From contig JBAZYK010000007.1 in the NCBI GenBank assembly GCA_041659405.1, positions 1-32,000 on the forward strand: DNA of 32,000 nt, read 5' to 3'. The first letter of the stretch is position 1. Each line of letters starts with the position of its first letter. Positions 26,384 through 32,000 of this stretch are shown here, piece after piece. The notes under the pieces are model-generated. The model searched no databases. It was not told the DNA's origin and was given only the letters and a program-made list of their open reading frames with translations. Position numbers and translations under genes: made by a program. Source of the DNA: Candidatus Altimarinota bacterium. GTDB taxonomy: Bacteria; Patescibacteriota; Gracilibacteria; UBA1369.

Positions 26384-27143
26384 CTTTAAATTTTTTTAGA
26401 GTTAAAGGTAGTTTTTTGAAAGGTGTTTTTACCAGCTTGCTGCCAATAATAAGACCATCTGTGTTTGTTTTTTGAAGCTCTTTAATGTGTCCGGGAGTGG
26501 AAATTCCAAATCCAATCATTAAAGGAAGCAAGCTGTGTTTTTGTAATTTCCGGATAAGTTTTTTGACGTTATCGTTCAAGTTTTTTCTTTCTCCGGTGAC
26601 TCCCATTGTGCTCACAACATAATAAAAACCGCTGCTAAATTTTTCTAATTTTTTTAGGCGATTCAAAGTTGTGTTTTCGCTGACAATCATGACTTGATGA
26701 ATGCCATTTTGCTTGGCTGCTTGATGAAATGGCGCAATTTCTTCCAGAGGTATGTCGGCGATTAAAATGCTATCTGCTCCGGCGTTTTTTAGATCTTTAT
26801 AAAACTTTTTAATGCCATATTGCAGGACAATATTTCCATAACATAAAATCCCAATGGGAATTTGGGTTATAGTTCTTATTTTGGTGATGAGTTCAAGGCA
26901 ATCCCTGGTGCTAATTCCTGAATTTAAGGCTTCTTCATCTGCAATTTGAATTGCCGGACCATCCGCAACCGGATCAGAGAAGGGGATTCCAAGTTCCAAA
27001 ATATCCGCTCCTGCTTTGATGTATTCTTGAATGCGTTTAAAAGATTCATTTTTATTTGGATGTCCAAGCACGGCAAAAGGGCAAAATGCGGGTTTCTTTT
27101 TATTCTGCAATTCTTTAAAGGTCTGGGCGTAACGGTCAATCAT
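26364..27143 (-). CDS. trpA: Tryptophan synthase alpha chain
   Basis: KAGADILELGIPFSDPVADGPAIQIADEEAL and GFGISTPGHIKEL. Confidence 0.95.
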   Translation of the reverse strand: MIDRYAQTFKELQNKKKPAFCPFAVLGHPNKNESFKRIQEYIKAGADILELGIPFSDPVADGPAIQIADEEALNSGISTRDCLELITKIRTITQIPIGILCYGNIVLQYGIKKFYKDLKNAGADSILIADIPLEEIAPFHQAAKQNGIHQVMIVSENTTLNRLKKLEKFSSGFYYVVSTMGVTGERKNLNDNVKKLIRKLQKHSLLPLMIGFGISTPGHIKELQKTNTDGLIIGSKLVKTPFKKLPLTLKKFKDAFNSN

Positions 27144-27168
27144 AATGTAAGTAGGTGATTGGGCAAAA

Positions 27169-28314
27169 TTAAAATTTTAAAATGTTGGCAATTTGATTAA
27201 GGTCTTTATCTCCGCGCCCCGAAAGGTTAACGATTACAACAGAATCAGCTGGAATTTTTCCTGCAAGTTTTTTGGCATAAGCAAGAGCATGTGAAGATTC
27301 CAAAGCCGGAATGATTCCTTCTTCTTTTGCTAAAAGCTGAAAAGCATCAAGGGCTTCCTGGTCTGTAATTGGAACGTACGAAGCTCTTTTTTGATCTTTT
27401 AAAGCGCTGTGTTCAGGCCCAACTCCCGGGTAATCCAAACCTGCAGAAATGCTCTGACTTTCTATAATTTGGCCGTCACTGTTTTGCAGAACGTACGATA
27501 ATGATCCATGTAAAATGCCGGGTTTCCCTTTTTCTAACGAGGCACCTTGCGCGGCTTCAACTCCAATTAATTCCACTTTTGAATCTTTGATAAATGCTGA
27601 AAAAATGCCAATTGCGTTACTTCCTCCACCAACACAGGCAATAATTTTATTTGGTAATTTTCCGGTTTGGGCCAGGATTTGTTTTTTTGTTTCTTCGCCA
27701 ATTACTTTTTGAAAGTAACGGACAATGCTGGGAAAAGGGTGTGGCCCGGCGACTGTTCCAAACAAATAATAGGCATCCTGGTTGTGGGCGACATAATATC
27801 TTAATGCTTCATTGATGGCGTCCTTCAAGGTTTTTGAGCCATTTTGGACGGAGATGACTTCAGCTCCGCAGAGTTTCATGCGTAGGACATTGGCGTGTTG
27901 TCTTTCCACATCTTTGGCTCCCATGAAAATTTTTACGGGGATTCCCAGTAGTGCGCCAGAAAGCGCTGTGGCAAAGCCATGTTGTCCCGCTCCGGTTTCG
28001 GCAATAATTTCTTTTTTGCCCATGTATTTGGCAAGTAATGCCTGTCCAAGCGCATTATTGGTTTTGTGCGCGCCTCCATGCAAAAGATCTTCGCGCTTAA
28101 GATAAAGCTTAAATCCAAATTTTCTGGAAAGATTTTCGGCATAAAATAAAGGGGTTGGTCGACCGGCAAAATTTTGCAGCAAGTCTTTAAGTCTTTGTTT
28201 TTGCTGCTGATCTTTTTTAAAAGCAGCAAAGGCTTTTTCCACTTCTTGCAGAGCGGGAACAAGCATTTCATTTACAAAAATTCCGCCGTAATTTCCAAAA
28301 TAACCTTTTTTCAT
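27169..28314 (-). CDS. trpB: Tryptophan synthase beta chain
   Basis: [58 protein letters not shown]. Confidence 0.98.
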   Translation of the reverse strand: MKKGYFGNYGGIFVNEMLVPALQEVEKAFAAFKKDQQQKQRLKDLLQNFAGRPTPLFYAENLSRKFGFKLYLKREDLLHGGAHKTNNALGQALLAKYMGKKEIIAETGAGQHGFATALSGALLGIPVKIFMGAKDVERQHANVLRMKLCGAEVISVQNGSKTLKDAINEALRYYVAHNQDAYYLFGTVAGPHPFPSIVRYFQKVIGEETKKQILAQTGKLPNKIIACVGGGSNAIGIFSAFIKDSKVELIGVEAAQGASLEKGKPGILHGSLSYVLQNSDGQIIESQSISAGLDYPGVGPEHSALKDQKRASYVPITDQEALDAFQLLAKEEGIIPALESSHALAYAKKLAGKIPADSVVIVNLSGRGDKDLNQIANILKF

Positions 28315-29309
28315 AAAACATTTTGATAATGAGATAATTTTTTCATGAGGTCACTGAAACTTTTTAGATCCAAAGATTGTTGGCCGTCGGATAAGGCTTT
28401 TTGTGGCTCAGGATGAACCTCTAAAATCAGTCCATGCGCGCCAACGGCGTATGAAGCCAAAGAAAGGGGAGTCACCAAAGAAGATATTCCACTGGCATGG
28501 CTTGGATCGGTTATAATTGGTAAATGACTGACTTGTTTGATTAAAGCCACAATATTCAGGTCCAAAGTATTGCGGGTGGCTGTTTCAAAAGTCCTGATGC
28601 CTCTTTCACATAAAATTACATTGGGATTTCCGGCATTAAGGATATATTCGGCGGCAAGTAAAAACTCATCCATTCGCGCTGCCAGGCCACGTTTTAGCAG
28701 AATTGGTTTTTTTAGTTTCCCAACCTCCTGCAGCATTTCAAAATTTTGCATGTTGCGGGCGCCAATTTGAATAATGTCAGTATATTCGGCCACAACATCA
28801 ATATTTTTTACATGTAAAAGTTCGGTGACGATTGGTAACCCAAAGCGTATTTTGGCCTTTTTTAAGAGCTTTAATCCTTCCAGGCCCAATCCCTGAAAAG
28901 CATACGGCGTTGTTCTTGGTTTAAAAGCTCCTCCGCGCAAAATGTGTGCTCCGGCTTTTTTAACGCCTTCGGCGACAGTCATAATTTGTTCTTCGGATTC
29001 AACACTGCATGGGCCGGCCATTACTATAAAATCTTTACCAATTTCGTGCCCTCCAACTTTAATGATGGTGTCTTCATTTTTGAATTCACGACTGACCAGT
29101 TTATAAGGTTTGGTGACGCGAATGATTTCTTTAACTCCGGGAAATCGTCCTAAAGCACTGGCGATTTCATAGTTTTTATCGCCCAAAACCCCGATGGCGG
29201 TGCGGAAACTCCCGGGAATCATCTGCGCTTTAAAACCCAATGATTCAATCTGTTCAACGAGGATTTGAATATCATTTTCTGAAGCATTTTTTTCGAGTAC
29301 AACTAGCAT
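28311..29309 (-). CDS. aroF: 3-deoxy-7-phosphoheptulonate synthase (type I-beta, with N-terminal regulatory-like domain)
   Basis: [68 protein letters not shown]. Confidence 0.95.
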   Translation of the reverse strand: MLVVLEKNASENDIQILVEQIESLGFKAQMIPGSFRTAIGVLGDKNYEIASALGRFPGVKEIIRVTKPYKLVSREFKNEDTIIKVGGHEIGKDFIVMAGPCSVESEEQIMTVAEGVKKAGAHILRGGAFKPRTTPYAFQGLGLEGLKLLKKAKIRFGLPIVTELLHVKNIDVVAEYTDIIQIGARNMQNFEMLQEVGKLKKPILLKRGLAARMDEFLLAAEYILNAGNPNVILCERGIRTFETATRNTLDLNIVALIKQVSHLPIITDPSHASGISSLVTPLSLASYAVGAHGLILEVHPEPQKALSDGQQSLDLKSFSDLMKKLSHYQNVL

Positions 29310-29336
29310 AAAAATTTTGTAAATAATTAATCGAAA

Positions 29337-30041
29337 TTAAATTGTGGGAGTGGTTCCTGTAAAAGTTTCCAGTTTTTTTTGAGGATGATCAGAAGTTAAA
29401 AGTGATGTTCCAATCAAAACTCCATCAATTTTGCCTTGATATGGTTTTAGTTCATCTGCAGCGGAAAAAGCACTTTCAATAATGATTGGATTTTTGGTTT
29501 TGATTTTGTCGAGCAAGGAAAGTCCATGATAGACATTGATTTTTAAAGTTTTAAGATCACGATTGTTGATGCCGATGATTATGCCTTCCTGATCAAGTAA
29601 ATCCATGATTTTTTTCAAATCTTCCTCGTCATGAATTTCAATCAGTGGGGTTAATCCTTGGGCCAGGCTATAAGCTGCTAGCTCTTGTAGCTGGTCTTTT
29701 TGAAGGTTGTGGGCAATTAACAAAATTCCGGAAGCACCTGCCTGCACAGTTTGATCAACGTCGTTTTTGCTCGTAAGAAAATCTTTTCGCAGGATTGGCA
29801 GTTTGGTCATTGTTTTGATCTTTTTTAAAAGTTCCAGGCTACCATTGAAACGCAGTTTGTCGCTTATGACAGAGATAGCTCTGGCCCCACCGGCTTCATA
29901 GGCTTTCACCAAATCTGTTTCCGAATGCCTGGTAAAATCTCCGTGACTTGGGGACTTTTTTTTGATTTCAGCAATCACGGAAATCTGATTTTTTCCGGCA
30001 ATGGCTTTATAAAATCCGTAATTTTTGTAGGAATTATTCAT
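29337..30041 (-). CDS. trpC: Indole-3-glycerol phosphate synthase
   Basis: IAEIKKKSPSHGDF, LPILRKDFLTSKNDVDQTVQAGASGILLIA, IGINNRDLKTLKIN. Confidence 0.95.
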   Translation of the reverse strand: MNNSYKNYGFYKAIAGKNQISVIAEIKKKSPSHGDFTRHSETDLVKAYEAGGARAISVISDKLRFNGSLELLKKIKTMTKLPILRKDFLTSKNDVDQTVQAGASGILLIAHNLQKDQLQELAAYSLAQGLTPLIEIHDEEDLKKIMDLLDQEGIIIGINNRDLKTLKINVYHGLSLLDKIKTKNPIIIESAFSAADELKPYQGKIDGVLIGTSLLTSDHPQKKLETFTGTTPTI

Positions 30042-31620
30042 TGGAAATTTCTTTATAATCTAAAAATTTCTGGTAAGCTTTGCCACTTTTAATTGTTGCT
30101 TTTGCCATCTCCAATCCTGCAGGAATGCTTTTGGATAAACCTCTTACGTAAAGCCCAAAAGCACAATTTATAAGTAATAAATTCTGGAGTGATTCGGGCG
30201 CTTTCCCTTGTAAAAGTAAGTGAAAATATTCAATGTTTTTTTTAAGATCTCCACCGGAAATTTTGGCAAATTCAGTTGCCGACTTAATTCCAAGATCTTC
30301 AGGTTGAAAAATGAATTTTTTGATTTCACCATCTGCAAGTTCAAAACAATAGGTCTTACCATGCAGGGTGACCTCGTCTAAGCCATTTTCAGATGTAACC
30401 ACCATGGCGCGTTTGGATCCTGTTTTTTGCAGTACGGAAATTAATTTTTCGGCGGTTGCTTTTTTGTTTGTGCCAAGAAGCTGATATTCCGGATTAGCAG
30501 GATTAATTAGCGGTCCAATGACATTAAAAATGGTTCTAAAGCCAAGCTGTTTCCGGATTGGCATAAAAATTTTCATGGCTGGATGAAACGCTGGAGCATA
30601 AAGAAAAACTATTCCTAGTTTGCTCATCATCTTTTTTATTTTTTCAGGATTGAGTTGGATGTTGATTCCGAGTCCTTCTAAAAGGTCAAAACTACCGCAT
30701 CTGCCCGAGGCTGCCCTGTTTCCATGTTTGGCAATTTTTACGCCGCAAGCCGCAAGTACAAAGGCTACAGTGGTAGAAACATTCATTCTGGGTAGCCCCG
30801 ATCCACCTGTTCCACACGTGTCCATTAAATCTTTTTCATTAAAGCCAAGATTTATAGCATGATTTTTTAAACTCATCACAGCTCCGGTGATTTCATCGAT
30901 GCTTTCGCCTTTTTGGGCTAGCTTACTCAGAATATCGGCAATTTCATTTTGTGAATATTGGCCATCAATCATGTCATCAAATAATTTTTTGGTTGATTCT
31001 GTTACGTCGTGTTTTTTGCCACTTTTCTTTTGTTGTTGATTTGTGATTTTTAGAAAATTTTCCAGAATTAATTTACCTTCGGGCGTTCCAATACTTTCAG
31101 GATGAAATTGAACTCCAAAAACAGGAAATTTTTTATGTGATATGGCCATGATTAAGCCATCTTTCGTCTCTGCGATAATTTGTAAATCTTTGGGTAAAGA
31201 AGATTTTTCGCCAATTAGAGAGTGATAGCGCATTACCGAAATTTTTTCCGGAAGATTTTTGAAGAGAGCATGTTCACTGTTAATTTTGATCTGGCTTTGT
31301 TTTCCGTGAACTGGCAGCGGTGCGCGAATAACTTTTCCTCCAAACTCATTAATTATTCCTTGGTGTCCCAGGCAAACTCCCAGGAGCGGAATTTTACCCG
31401 AAAAATAATTAATTACGTCCGCGCATATTCCAAAATCCCGCTTATTCCCCGGTTCTCCTGGCCCCGGCGATAAAATAATGTGGGTATATTTTTCTTTTTT
31501 GATATTCTCAATGCTGATTTTATTATTTCGATGTACTTCCGGATTCCCGTTAAGCTCATGACAAAGCTGATAAAGGTTATAAGTGAAAGAATCAAAATTA
31601 TCGATGATAAGAGTTTTCAT
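30034..31620 (-). CDS. trpGD: Fused anthranilate synthase glutamine amidotransferase / anthranilate phosphoribosyltransferase
   Basis: N-terminus LIIDNFDSFTYNLYQ...LLGVCLGHQGI...GVQFHPES; C-terminus GTCGTGGSGLPRMNVSTTVAFVLAACGVKIAKHGNRAASG. Confidence 0.96.
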   Translation of the reverse strand: MKTLIIDNFDSFTYNLYQLCHELNGNPEVHRNNKISIENIKKEKYTHIILSPGPGEPGNKRDFGICADVINYFSGKIPLLGVCLGHQGIINEFGGKVIRAPLPVHGKQSQIKINSEHALFKNLPEKISVMRYHSLIGEKSSLPKDLQIIAETKDGLIMAISHKKFPVFGVQFHPESIGTPEGKLILENFLKITNQQQKKSGKKHDVTESTKKLFDDMIDGQYSQNEIADILSKLAQKGESIDEITGAVMSLKNHAINLGFNEKDLMDTCGTGGSGLPRMNVSTTVAFVLAACGVKIAKHGNRAASGRCGSFDLLEGLGINIQLNPEKIKKMMSKLGIVFLYAPAFHPAMKIFMPIRKQLGFRTIFNVIGPLINPANPEYQLLGTNKKATAEKLISVLQKTGSKRAMVVTSENGLDEVTLHGKTYCFELADGEIKKFIFQPEDLGIKSATEFAKISGGDLKKNIEYFHLLLQGKAPESLQNLLLINCAFGLYVRGLSKSIPAGLEMAKATIKSGKAYQKFLDYKEISNE

Positions 31621-32000
31621 ATGATAAGGCTTTTAAGTGGCCCCTTGGCTTTGTTTTGGCATTCTGAATTTTCATTTTTGGGCAGGGAGTCATAAACAAT
31701 TCCTGCGCCTGCTCTTAAGTAAATTTGGCCGTCTTTGTAGAGCATTGTTCTGATTGCTATGGCAAAATCCATGTTTCCGTTGAAGCCAAAATAGCCCACT
31801 GCTCCGCCATAAATTTCTCTTGGTACTTTTTCTAATTTGGCGATAATTTCCATGGCTCTAACTTTTGGCGCACCGGTTAAAGTCCCGGCAGGAAAAGTCG
31901 CCTGGAAAACATCAAAAATCGATTTTTTAGGATCACGGGTTCCGGTGATTTCTGAAACCATGTGCATAACCTGATCGAATTTTTGAATGCTCATAAGGTT
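31617..32000 (-). CDS. trpE: Anthranilate synthase component I, C-terminal part (runs off window)
   Basis: VFQATFPAGTLTGAPKVRAMEIIAKLEKVPREIYGGAVGYFGFNGNMDFAIAIRTM...AGAGIVYDSLP. Overlaps trpGD by 4 nt. Confidence 0.93.
   Translation of the reverse strand, partial: NLMSIQKFDQVMHMVSEITGTRDPKKSIFDVFQATFPAGTLTGAPKVRAMEIIAKLEKVPREIYGGAVGYFGFNGNMDFAIAIRTMLYKDGQIYLRAGAGIVYDSLPKNENSECQNKAKGPLKSLII

Overview
This 32 kb window looks like a bacterial chromosomal segment. The style (SLH-domain surface proteins, many small lipoproteins, A+T-rich intergenic DNA) suggests a candidate-phylum lineage such as Peregrinibacteria, but that is only an inference. TGA acts as a normal stop. The left third (about 0.2-11.5 kb) resembles a small defence or mobile island: a membrane-anchored Mrr-like nuclease, a tight four-gene operon (novel 143-aa ORF, Z1-domain P-loop protein, C5-cytosine methyltransferase, HNH nuclease) and a DUF3800-like protein. 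It is interspersed with three copies of a ~55-bp element that starts with an extended -10 box and can fold as an RNA hairpin. The middle (12.4-20.5 kb) holds tandem small membrane proteins, a truncated DinD-like gene and a KilA-N gene sharing a duplicated upstream sequence and an unusual long palindrome, a P/G/N/Q-rich surface protein and a large SLH-plus-repeat protein. The right end (25.8-32 kb) is a minus-strand tryptophan operon (trpE'-trpGD-trpC-aroF-trpB-trpA) with no visible trpF. Its last overlapping gene is an eIF2B/MtnA-like protein that could plausibly fill the isomerase gap. Two apparent single-nucleotide frameshifts were found, at ~3.27 kb and ~11.80 kb.
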